From NCBI GenBank assembly GCA_044222065.1, contig JBGAOA010000081.1, forward strand, positions 1 through 17,123: 17,123 nt of DNA. The letters are read 5' to 3'. Shown here piece after piece: positions 7,876-15,677 of this stretch; position 1 is the first letter of the stretch; each line of letters opens with the position of its first letter. The notes beneath the pieces are model-generated. The model did no database searches. It was given only the letters and a program-made list of their open reading frames with translations, and had not been told where the DNA came from. Source of the DNA: Candidatus Eiseniibacteriota bacterium (lineage in GTDB: Bacteria; Eisenbacteria; RBG-16-71-46). Position numbers and translations under genes: made by a program.

Positions 7876-8229
7876 CTACTTCGCCTGCGGCATCGCGTGG
7901 CCCTCGTCGAGCCAGCGCTTGAGATCTGTCATGTCCTTCGCGTTCTCGGCGAACTGCGCGCCGCGCTTCGTCAGCTTCGTCGAACCGGGCTTGCGCACGT
8001 GGCACGCGGTGCAGCGGCCGAACGACGAGCGGATCTGGTCGTAGCCGTCGAGCGTCTTGCGCGCCTCGAAGTACTTGCCGCGGTCCGTGAGCAGCTTGCT
8101 GCCCGGCTTGTCGTGACACGCGACGCACTGCTGCCCCGTGTCCTTCGCGAGCTTCTCGGACGCCGCGGCGAAGCTCGCGAGCGCGAGCGACGCGGCGACG
8201 GCGAGGACGACGATTCCCAGCGTCTTCAT
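7876..8229 (-). CDS. Small periplasmic dihaem c-type cytochrome
   Basis: ATG at 8229 after GAGAGG; Sec-type signal MKTLGIVVLAVAASLALASFAAA; two CxxCH motifs (CVACH, CTACH); 117 aa. Confidence 0.88.
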   Translation of the reverse strand: MKTLGIVVLAVAASLALASFAAASEKLAKDTGQQCVACHDKPGSKLLTDRGKYFEARKTLDGYDQIRSSFGRCTACHVRKPGSTKLTKRGAQFAENAKDMTDLKRWLDEGHAMPQAK

Positions 8230-8251
8230 CGAACGTTCCTCTCTCACCGGG

Positions 8252-9586
8252 TCACTTCCCGGAGAAGGCCTTGCTGAAGCCCACGGAGACGGTCCACTGC
8301 GAGTGGTCCACCGACGCACCGGGGCCGAACGGGTTCACGTTCTGGTTCGTGTTGTTGTTCGTCTGCGACGCCTCGAAGCCGCGCTCGAGCGCGAGGTTCA
8401 GCGTGTTCGCGCCCCACGTGTAGCCGAAGCCGAGCGCCGCGTGCTGTTCGACCGTGGCGGGGAACAGCGGGTTGAGCGTCTCGTCGGGCACCGGGCTCGC
8501 GCCGAAGTTGTAGCCGCCGCGCAACGTCAGCGCGTCGGTCGCGCGGTACTCGACGCCGCCGATCCACGTCCACTCGTCCTTCCACTCGAACGTGAATGGC
8601 ATCGTGACCGTGGACATCATCGCGGGCAGCGGCTGGTCGGGATTCGTGCCCTTCACCTTGATGAGGCTCACCGCGTCGCTCCACAGGTAGCGGCGCGCGT
8701 CCACCGCGACGCGCCAGCGCTCCGCGGGCTTGAGCTGCACGCCGAGTCCGACCTGGTCGGGCCACGTGAAGCCCTCGACGGTCGCGTCGTAGTGCACGAC
8801 GCCGGCGCCGATCGAGTTCATGTTCAGCGACAGCGTGCCGTTCTCGTAGTCGCCCTGCGTCTTCGTCTGGTAGATCGCGCCGAGCTGCAGCTCGGGCAGC
8901 GCGCTCCACATCAGGCCGACGCGGCCGCTGTAGTTGAGCGCGCTCGCGCGCTTGTTCAGGTTCGCGCCGAAGAACGCCATGTCGTCGGTCGGATCGAGCG
9001 GCGTGCCCATGTCGTTGTAGTAGCTGGTATTCGGATAGAAGCGGAACTTGAGGTCCGAGTAGCCGACGTTCGCCGACACGCCGATCGAGAAGTCCTCGAC
9101 GGGCGTGAACGCGACGGTGGGCGTGGCGGTGAGGAAGCGCACTTCGCTGTACGTGCCGTCCTTCGTGCCGAACGGCGTGCTGTAGCCCTCGAACTGCGCG
9201 CCCATGCCGCCCTGGCTCAGGAGGCCGAAGCCCCACGTCCACGGCGAGCGCGCGCCGCCGCGCACGTACGAGATCGACGGCATCGCGAAGATCGCGTCCT
9301 TCGCGTCGAGCGAATTGCCGAACGGATCGCCGCCGTAGTGGAGGCTCGGCGCGAGCAGCTGGAGGTCGGCGCTCAGGTGGCCGCCCTGGAGCTGCGCGAT
9401 GCCGGCCGGGTTCGCCTGCAGTCCGAGCGCGCGGTCGGCGACCGCGATGTTCGCGCCCGCGCGGCCGGCGGCTTCGCTGCCGTACGCCGCGAGGTACATG
9501 CCGTTCGTGGCGAGCGCGGGGCCCGCGGCGAGCGCGACGAGCGCGATCGCGGCGAGGGCGCGCGCGGGAATCGGGATTCGGGTCAT
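8252..9586 (-). CDS. OmpP1/FadL/TodX family outer-membrane channel
   Basis: ATG at 9586 after GAGGAGG; signal peptide, then ATNGMYLAAYGSEAAGRAGANIA..ANPAGI (hatch-domain NPA motif); amphipathic beta strands, EWKDEW, LTLRGGYNFG; 444 aa. Confidence 0.92.
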   Translation of the reverse strand: MTRIPIPARALAAIALVALAAGPALATNGMYLAAYGSEAAGRAGANIAVADRALGLQANPAGIAQLQGGHLSADLQLLAPSLHYGGDPFGNSLDAKDAIFAMPSISYVRGGARSPWTWGFGLLSQGGMGAQFEGYSTPFGTKDGTYSEVRFLTATPTVAFTPVEDFSIGVSANVGYSDLKFRFYPNTSYYNDMGTPLDPTDDMAFFGANLNKRASALNYSGRVGLMWSALPELQLGAIYQTKTQGDYENGTLSLNMNSIGAGVVHYDATVEGFTWPDQVGLGVQLKPAERWRVAVDARRYLWSDAVSLIKVKGTNPDQPLPAMMSTVTMPFTFEWKDEWTWIGGVEYRATDALTLRGGYNFGASPVPDETLNPLFPATVEQHAALGFGYTWGANTLNLALERGFEASQTNNNTNQNVNPFGPGASVDHSQWTVSVGFSKAFSGK

Positions 9587-9915
9587 GGGTGAGTCCTCCT
9601 CACGGCCCGACCGGGGGCGATCGCGCCGTCCTTCGGCGGCGCGACGAAACCCGCGATGCGGGCGATCGAGACCTCGGCGTCTCCGGGAAACAACGTGGCG
9701 AGTTCGTCGCGGCCGAGATCGGTGAGCCGTTGCAGCGTCGCGAGGCCGGGCGCGCATCCCGTGCGCGCGGCTTCCTCGCGGTATCGAGCGATGACGTTCC
9801 AGTGCCGGTGCGTGAGTCGCGGGATGCCGAGCGCGCGCGCGGCGAGCGCGGCGCGGTCGGGCGTCCATTCGGAGGCGGCCGGCCGGAGGCCGCGCGGAGT
9901 CCGCGTGCGCGTCAC
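9583..9915 (-). CDS. DsrC/TusE-family fold protein lacking the C-terminal cysteines
   Basis: EWTPDRAALAA..GIPRLTHRHWNVIARYR..G.AP..LATLFPG..ARIAG matches the DsrC/TusE consensus. GTG start after GAGG; stop overlaps the fadL-like ATG (ATGA). Confidence 0.8.
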   Translation of the reverse strand: MTRTRTPRGLRPAASEWTPDRAALAARALGIPRLTHRHWNVIARYREEAARTGCAPGLATLQRLTDLGRDELATLFPGDAEVSIARIAGFVAPPKDGAIAPGRAVRRTHP

Positions 9916-9922
9916 GGCCGCC

Positions 9923-10609
9923 TCAGCAGCCTTCCTTCTGCTTCTTGCGCGCCGCGGGAGTGCCGACGGGACGCGGCGGCGCCTTCGGCGCGATCGTCGA
10001 GCCGCCCGCGTCGGTGGCGCCCGCGACCGGCAGCGCGAACGCAGCGCCGGCGGCGGCGGACGACGCCGCGCGCGGCGCGCCGCCGAACGAGCGCGCGACC
10101 TCGGCCGCGCGCGCGAACGCCGCGAGCGACTCGCGCGACGAGTCCGACGGCGCCGCCGGATAGAGCACGTCGTCCTTCCAGCCCTCGAGCCCGTCGTAGA
10201 GGATCTTCGCGCCGGCGAAGCGCTCGGCCTCGAGCAGGAACCACGCTTGCGCGGCGTGCACGCCGCCGTCCGAGTAGAGGACGATCGTCTCGTTGCGCTG
10301 AAGCCCCGCGTCCATGAGCCGCGCGACCGGGACGTTCTCGGCCGTCGGAATGTGGTACGCGGCGTACGCGCTGTCCGAGCGCAGGTCCACGAGCCGGTAG
10401 TCCGAGCGGGCCTGCAGGATCCAGTCGGCGAGTTCGCGGGCGGTGACGTGGTCCACCGCGCCGCCGACGATCGTCGCGAGTCGCCGCGAATCGAGCCGCA
10501 CCGCGTGACCGGTGTAGGGATCGCCCGCGAGCGCCAGCACGCCGAGCCCGAGCGCCGCCGCGGCGAGCGCGCGGTTGCGCGTCCAGAGGAAGCGGGGCGT
10601 CGCGTTCAC
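9923..10609 (-). CDS. Membrane-anchored or exported rhodanese-fold protein with a C-terminal EGC tail
   Basis: N-terminal hydrophobic helix; VTARELADWI..LVDLRS..YHIPTAENVP..IVLYSDGG..LYDGLEGW; Ala/Pro-rich linker ending KKQKEGC; GTGA overlap with the upstream gene and GGAGG RBS. Confidence 0.88.
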   Translation of the reverse strand: MNATPRFLWTRNRALAAAALGLGVLALAGDPYTGHAVRLDSRRLATIVGGAVDHVTARELADWILQARSDYRLVDLRSDSAYAAYHIPTAENVPVARLMDAGLQRNETIVLYSDGGVHAAQAWFLLEAERFAGAKILYDGLEGWKDDVLYPAAPSDSSRESLAAFARAAEVARSFGGAPRAASSAAAGAAFALPVAGATDAGGSTIAPKAPPRPVGTPAARKKQKEGC

Positions 10610-11214
10610 GGCCGCGCCTCCGCGCCTTCGCGTCTACCGAAGCGGCGCTCGACCCACTCGGCGCCCGCGAAGCCGCCGAGCGCCATGAGCACGACGAGCA
10701 GCACGACGAGCCCGTACGGGAGGTGGAACGCCTTCGGCAGCGTGAGCGTGCCCATGGCGCCGCTCTCGTAGAACGGCTTCACGAACGGGAACGACTCGCC
10801 GAACGCGAACACGCCCGCGAACACGCCGGCGACGAACACCATCGCGTCCACGCGGCCCGTCGCCATCGCGACCATCGAGGTGCCGGGGCAGTAGCCGCCG
10901 ATCACGAAGCCGAGCCCGAGCACGAGGCCGCCCGCGATCTGCGGCCACAGGAACGTCGGCGTGAGCGAGACGAGCGACAGGTCCACGACACCGGCCCACG
11001 ACAGGTAGAACACGCCGAGCATCGCGGTGACGATCGCCGTGAACATGACCTTGAACACCGCGAGATCGTTCAGATAGAACTGCGAGACGAGCTTCTTCGC
11101 GCTGCCGAAGCCCGCGCGCTCGAGGAAGAACCCGAACGCGATGCCGATCGCGAACGCCACGACGAGCGACGTCTCGCCGCCGAACGCGCCGAACTTGTAG
11201 AAGGGAGCGTTCAT
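10606..11214 (-). CDS. YeeE/YedE (sulfur transport) family membrane protein, second half-type
   Basis: ATG at 11214 (ATGA overlap, GAGGAGG RBS); GIAFGFFLERAGFG..KVMFTAI..GGLVLGLGFVIGGYCPGTS; 202 aa. Confidence 0.9.
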   Translation of the reverse strand: MNAPFYKFGAFGGETSLVVAFAIGIAFGFFLERAGFGSAKKLVSQFYLNDLAVFKVMFTAIVTAMLGVFYLSWAGVVDLSLVSLTPTFLWPQIAGGLVLGLGFVIGGYCPGTSMVAMATGRVDAMVFVAGVFAGVFAFGESFPFVKPFYESGAMGTLTLPKAFHLPYGLVVLLVVLMALGGFAGAEWVERRFGRREGAEARP

Positions 11215-11798
11215 CGCCACTGCCTCCTCACGACGGCGGCGAACGCGTAGGCGCCCGCGAACACCATCATCATGAAGGCCCAGCTGCCGGCGTTGAGCAG
11301 CGCGCCGCCGGTGAGCGCCTGGCCGCTCGTGCAGCCGCGCGCGAGCTTCGCGCCGACCCCCATGAGCGCGCCGCCGAGGAACGCGAGCGCGAGCCGTCCG
11401 GCGTTCGAGATGCGCGGGCCCTTCTCGATCGTGCGCTGCACGCGGCCGGCGAGCAGGCCCGACAGGAACCCGCCGACGATCACGCCGAGCACTTCGAACA
11501 CGAGCCACGCCTTGAGCGGATGTCCGAGGCCGCCCTCGGCGTACTCCTTCCAGAACGCGTTCGCCTGCACGTGTTCGGGGCTCGCGAGCCCGAGGAGCCA
11601 CGAGATCGTGGACGACACGGCGCCCGAGGCGCCGAGCCCGCGGCCCATGACGACGAACGCGGTCAGCAGCACGAGGCCGAGTCCGAGTCCGGCGAGGTAC
11701 GGATTGCTGTACGCCGCGGCGCGGGCGGGCGCCCGGTCGTGCGCGTGGTCGCGCGCGTCGGACCCGCTCGCGGCGTGGACGTTCGAAACGACGGTCAT
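11211..11798 (-). CDS. YeeE/YedE (sulfur transport) family membrane protein, first half-type
   Basis: GGAGGGAG RBS; NPYLAGLGLG..GLGASG..FLGGALMGVGAKLARGCTSGQALTG. Confidence 0.9.
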   Translation of the reverse strand: MTVVSNVHAASGSDARDHAHDRAPARAAAYSNPYLAGLGLGLVLLTAFVVMGRGLGASGAVSSTISWLLGLASPEHVQANAFWKEYAEGGLGHPLKAWLVFEVLGVIVGGFLSGLLAGRVQRTIEKGPRISNAGRLALAFLGGALMGVGAKLARGCTSGQALTGGALLNAGSWAFMMMVFAGAYAFAAVVRRQWR

Positions 11799-11814
11799 CG
11801 CAACTCCCTCCGCG

Positions 11815-12765
11815 TCACACCCGGCCCCAGTGGCTCGCCTGACCGGCGTAGACGATCACGATGCGCAGCAGCAGCCCGCCCGCGAGCACGAGCACGGGCG
11901 CCACCGGCGTGTGGCGCACGCGGTGACCGACCGCGAGCGTCTGGACGAACAGCGGTACGGCGATTCCGATCCCGACGACGCCGACCCAGAACACGCTCGT
12001 GTAGGGGCCGCCGAGCACGAGCCCGGCCGCTTCGGCGTGCACGCGCGTCGAGGTGACGAGGCCGATCAGGAACAGCGCGAGCAGCGCGAGTTCGGCTTGC
12101 AGGAAGCGGTTGTCGGCGCGCGCGAGGAACTCGCTCTCGGCGCGCTCCTTCGCGACCATGTGGACGAGCGCCGCCGCGCTCGAGAGGCCCGAGGCGAGGA
12201 ACAGCGGCCCGAGCAGCGCGCTGTTCCAGAGCGGCCGCGCGCCGAGCGTGCTGAGCAGGATGCCGGTGTAGATCCCGAGCGCGCCGCCGAGCACCATGTT
12301 CGTCGCGGCCACGGCGCGCACGAGCCGCGCGTCGCGGTTCCACGCCTCGGACCACGCGGCGAGCGCTGGCGCGCGGTCGCCGAGCCACGCGGGCAGCCGC
12401 AGCACGAGGTTCGCGAGCAGCGCGGGGTAGACGGCGACGAGGATCCACGCGCCCCACGACATCGGCGAGGCCGGCTGGAACGCGACGTAGAGCCGCCACA
12501 CGTAGAGCTTGTGCTCGAGGTCGAGGAACAGCGCGAGCATGCCGAGCGACAGCAGCACGATGCCGAGCCCCGGAAGCAGGTAGGCGACCGAGTCCGCGCG
12601 GCGGTGGCGGTCCGAGAACAGAAACCAGCCCGAGATCGCCATCATGCCGGCGACGAGTCCGCCGAGGAACAGGTACGCGGGGATCTGCCACGCCCACACG
12701 TGCAGCGTCGGGTCCACGAGGTGGTTCGCGCGCGTCGAGACGAGGTCGGTCATGGCGTCGCTCAC
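11815..12765 (-). CDS. psrC: Polysulfide reductase membrane subunit, NrfD/PsrC family
   Basis: GTG at 12765 overlaps the psrB stop (alternative ATG at 12753); WAWQIPAYLFLGGLVAG, LFLDLEH, SPMSWGAWIL, IYTGILLS..RPLWNS..PLFLASGLSS, GGLLLR; about eight TM segments. Confidence 0.92.
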   Translation of the reverse strand: MSDAMTDLVSTRANHLVDPTLHVWAWQIPAYLFLGGLVAGMMAISGWFLFSDRHRRADSVAYLLPGLGIVLLSLGMLALFLDLEHKLYVWRLYVAFQPASPMSWGAWILVAVYPALLANLVLRLPAWLGDRAPALAAWSEAWNRDARLVRAVAATNMVLGGALGIYTGILLSTLGARPLWNSALLGPLFLASGLSSAAALVHMVAKERAESEFLARADNRFLQAELALLALFLIGLVTSTRVHAEAAGLVLGGPYTSVFWVGVVGIGIAVPLFVQTLAVGHRVRHTPVAPVLVLAGGLLLRIVIVYAGQASHWGRV

Positions 12766-13301
12766 GTGAGGAAGTGGATGCGCGGGCCGGTGCCGGCCTC
12801 GCTCAGCAGCGCGTGAGAACGGCGCGACGCGAGCAGCCGGCTCACCTCGCTGTTCGGATCGTCGAGGTCGCCGAAGTGCATGCAGCGCGTCGGGCACACC
12901 GCGACGCACGCCGGCTCGAGGCCCTGCTTCACGCGGTGAAGGCAGAACGTGCACTTGTCCGCGTAGCCCTGCGGGTGGATGAAGCGCGCGTCGTACGGGC
13001 ACGAGGCGAGGCACGCCTTGCAGCCGATGCACAGCTCCTTCGCGACCTGCACCGTGGCGCCAAAGTCCTCGACGTGGCTCGCGCCGGTCGGGCAGCACGC
13101 GACGCACGGGGGACGGTCGCAGTGGTTGCAGCGCTCGCTGCGGATCTCGAGCCGCAGGTCCGGGAACTTGCCGCTCGTCTCCTGCACGATCCAGTCGCGG
13201 CAGTGGCCTTCGGGAACGCCGTTCTCGGTCTTGCAGGCCACGACGCAGTCCATGCAGCCGACGCAGCGCGCCGTGTCGATCACCATGCCGAAGCGGGCCA
13301 C
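12762..13301 (-). CDS. psrB: Four-cluster [4Fe-4S] electron-transfer subunit (PsrB/NrfC/DmsB type)
   Basis: CVGCMDCVVAC, CNHCDRPPCVACCP, CIGCKACLASCP, KCTFC..ACVAVCP; GTG start after GGAGG. Confidence 0.95.
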   Translation of the reverse strand: MARFGMVIDTARCVGCMDCVVACKTENGVPEGHCRDWIVQETSGKFPDLRLEIRSERCNHCDRPPCVACCPTGASHVEDFGATVQVAKELCIGCKACLASCPYDARFIHPQGYADKCTFCLHRVKQGLEPACVAVCPTRCMHFGDLDDPNSEVSRLLASRRSHALLSEAGTGPRIHFLT

Positions 13302-13302
13302 G

Positions 13303-15495
13303 TCAGACCTCCGGCTCGAGCGTGACGAAGTTGACGTTCATCGCGGTGCCGCCCATGAGCGGGTCCACGACGTAGCGCGTGACGAGCCCGGCGTCGCTCG
13401 CTCCGCGCTTCGAGCGCGGCGCGAGTCCGCGCGCCGAATGTCCGAAGCCGTGCACCAGGTAGACGCAGTCGCCGCGGATGCGCTCGGTCGCGCGCACCGC
13501 GACCGGCGCGCTCAGCGCGCCGTCCTGGTTGCGCAATCGCACGCGCGCGCCGTCGTCGAGGCCGAGCCGGCGCGCGACGTCGGCGTTCAGCCACACGACG
13601 TTCTCGGGCATCATCTCGAGCAGCAGCGGGTTCGTCTGCGTACGCCCGAACGAGTGCACGGGCGCGCGGCCGAACAGCAGGCGAAACGAGCCCGGGGGCG
13701 GCGCTTCGTGCGCGCGGAAGCGCGGCACCGGGTCGAATCCCGCGTCCGAGAGGCGCGTGGACCAGAACTCGATCTTGCGGCTCGGCGTCGCGAACTCGGC
13801 CGGCACGCCCTCTTCGAAGTACACCGGGCCGCGCGCGCCACGCACGATACCGGTGGTCTTCAGCTCGTCGAAGCTCAGCCCCGCGTTGCGAAGGCGCGTC
13901 TCGAGGTACTCCTCGATCGTCTTCCACGGGAAGTACGCGCCGAGCCCGGTGCGGTGCGCGAGTTCGCGCGCGATCCACCAGTTCGGCTTCTGGTCGTGCG
14001 GCGGCGGCACGACGGGCTGGCGCAGAGCCACGAACGGGTCGCGGAACAGCTCGACGTTCAGGTCGTCGTAGCGCTCGAGGTAAACGCTCTCGGGCAGTAC
14101 GACGTCGGCCCAGCCGGCGATCTCGCTCGGGACCACGTCCACGACGACGACGAGGTCGAGGTTCTGCAGCGCGCGGATCGTCTCGGCCTCGTTCGGCAGC
14201 GCCTGCAGGAGGTTCGTCGCGTACACGAACCAGCCCTTGATCGAGTACGGCTGGCCCGTGATCGTGGCTTCGCGCAGGCCGGTCGTCAGCACTTCGTCGG
14301 CGAATGGATGACGGTCGCCGGGATTGTCGGCGCGGCCGCGGTGAGGCTTCGCGTACGGCGGGTACGGGTAGGGTGGAACGCTCATGCGCTGCGGCACGAA
14401 GAAGCCGCCCTTGCGGCCCCAGCTGCCGAGCAGCGCGTTCAGCAGCGCGACCGCGCGGCTGCGCTGCGCGTCGTCGCCGTACCACGTCACGTGGCGGCCG
14501 GGGTGGACGAGGCTCGCGGGCCGGTGGCGCGCCATCTCGCGCGCGGTCTCGCGGATCAGCTCCGGCGCGAGCGACGTGCGCGGATAGGCCCACTCGGGCG
14601 TGTACGCCGCGATCTCGGCCGCGAACTCGGCGAAGCCGTAGCCGTGCGACTCGACGTACTCGCGATCGTACAGGCCCTCGGTGACGAGCACGTTCATCCA
14701 CGCGAGCAGCAGCGCGAGGTCGGTGCCGGGCGTGATCGGCAGGTAGTACTTCGCCTTGCTCGCGGCGGTCGAGAAGCGCGGATCGACGACGATCACGGTC
14801 GCGCCGCTGCCGACCGCGTCCGCGAACTCCTGCACCTGCGAGTTGTGCATGTTCTCGCCGAGGTGCGAGCCGATCAACGTCAGGCAGCGCGCGTTCGCGA
14901 TGTCCGTGCGCTCGGGCGAGCCGATGTCCTCGCCGAACGTGAGCTGGAAGCCGATGTCGCGCGGCCCGCGGCACTGCGCATAGGACGGCGCGCTGAGGTT
15001 CGGCGTGCCCCACGCCTTGAAGAAGTGCTTGAGGAAGTTGCCGCCGATGCCGTGGCTGAAGAGCGCCATGGACTCGGGGCCGTAGCGATCGCGGATCGCC
15101 TGCATCTTCGTCGCGATCGTGTCGAGCGCCTCGTCCCACGACACCGCGACCCACTCCTCGGCGCCGCGCTCGCCCTTGCGGACGAGCGGAGTCTTGAGCC
15201 GCTGCGAATCGAAGTGCGCGCCGACGCCGCCCGTGCCGCGCGGGCACAGCCGGCCGCGCGAGAGCGGATCGCGCGGATTGCCCTCGATCTTCCACAGCCG
15301 CTCGCCGCGGACGCTCGCGATCGCGCCGCACTTCCAGAAGCACACGTCGCAGAACGTCGGCACCGTCCGCACCGGCGCGTTCGGATCGTCCTGCGCCGCG
15401 AGTTCGTGCGCGGCGCGCGCGCCCGAGCCCGCGAGCGCGAGGCCCGTCGCGGCGGCCGAGATCTGGAGGAATCGTCTGCGTGAGAGTTCGGGCAT
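13303..15495 (-). CDS. psrA: Tat-exported Mo/W-bis-PGD oxidoreductase catalytic subunit, polysulfide/thiosulfate reductase (PsrA/PhsA) clade
   Basis: ATG at 15495 after GGAG; Tat motif LSRRRFLQ; FS0 motif CDVCFWKC..RLCPRG; FSHG; likely Mo-ligand Cys in PSYAQCRGPR; PGTDLALLLA, WADVVLPESVYLER, VHSFGRT, VHGFG; 730 aa. Exact substrate cannot be determined from sequence. Confidence 0.9.
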   Translation of the reverse strand: MPELSRRRFLQISAAATGLALAGSGARAAHELAAQDDPNAPVRTVPTFCDVCFWKCGAIASVRGERLWKIEGNPRDPLSRGRLCPRGTGGVGAHFDSQRLKTPLVRKGERGAEEWVAVSWDEALDTIATKMQAIRDRYGPESMALFSHGIGGNFLKHFFKAWGTPNLSAPSYAQCRGPRDIGFQLTFGEDIGSPERTDIANARCLTLIGSHLGENMHNSQVQEFADAVGSGATVIVVDPRFSTAASKAKYYLPITPGTDLALLLAWMNVLVTEGLYDREYVESHGYGFAEFAAEIAAYTPEWAYPRTSLAPELIRETAREMARHRPASLVHPGRHVTWYGDDAQRSRAVALLNALLGSWGRKGGFFVPQRMSVPPYPYPPYAKPHRGRADNPGDRHPFADEVLTTGLREATITGQPYSIKGWFVYATNLLQALPNEAETIRALQNLDLVVVVDVVPSEIAGWADVVLPESVYLERYDDLNVELFRDPFVALRQPVVPPPHDQKPNWWIARELAHRTGLGAYFPWKTIEEYLETRLRNAGLSFDELKTTGIVRGARGPVYFEEGVPAEFATPSRKIEFWSTRLSDAGFDPVPRFRAHEAPPPGSFRLLFGRAPVHSFGRTQTNPLLLEMMPENVVWLNADVARRLGLDDGARVRLRNQDGALSAPVAVRATERIRGDCVYLVHGFGHSARGLAPRSKRGASDAGLVTRYVVDPLMGGTAMNVNFVTLEPEV

Positions 15496-15539
15496 CGTCC
15501 GGCTCCATCCGAGGTCCAACGAGGCGACCACGGTCGTAG

Positions 15540-15555
15540 AGCAGCGCCGATGCCA
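15540..15555 (-). promoter_or_regulatory. Sigma-54 (RpoN) -24/-12 promoter of the psr operon
   Basis: Minus strand reads TGGCATCGGCGCTGCT: exact GG-N10-GC spacing, close to consensus TGGCAC-N5-TTGCW; about 45 nt upstream of the psrA ATG. Confidence 0.85.
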
Positions 15556-15611
15556 CGGGCTAACCCGTTGTCGTTCAAAGGTCGCGTTGACGCGCGCAGG
15601 CGGCCGAACAC

Positions 15612-15647
15612 GAAACGTCGCGACGCAACGTCGCGACGTGACGTTTC
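15612..15647. promoter_or_regulatory. Candidate upstream activator sequence (tandem palindromes)
   Basis: AACGTCGCGACG at 15614-15625 and 15627-15638, within the inverted repeat GAAACGTC...GACGTTTC; about 60-95 bp upstream of the -24 element. Confidence 0.65.
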
Positions 15648-15677
15648 AGTGGAGTGGCCGAGCGGAGGAGCTTGGCG

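Noticed and set aside
9914..9931. Rhodanese end reads GGC TGC TGA GGC (G-C-stop-G), resembling the Gly-Cys-Sec-Gly tail of thioredoxin reductase
   Set aside because: Readthrough would continue into more than 100 codons of low-complexity, Arg-rich sequence before the FadL signal peptide; the GAGG is explained as the RBS of the DsrC-like gene; no SECIS could be identified.
13303..15495. Alternative calls: formate dehydrogenase, nitrate reductase, arsenate reductase
   Set aside because: Size, the CxxCFWKC motif, the SHG and PSxAQC motifs, NrfD partner and sulfur-transport neighbours fit the PsrA/PhsA clade better; no in-frame Sec codon. A selenite-reducing member of the clade is not excluded.
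12979..15556. Long alternative ORFs over psrA (12979..15483 +, 13280..15556 -)
   Set aside because: Shadow frames typical of high-GC DNA; no motifs, whereas the psrA frame has all family signatures.
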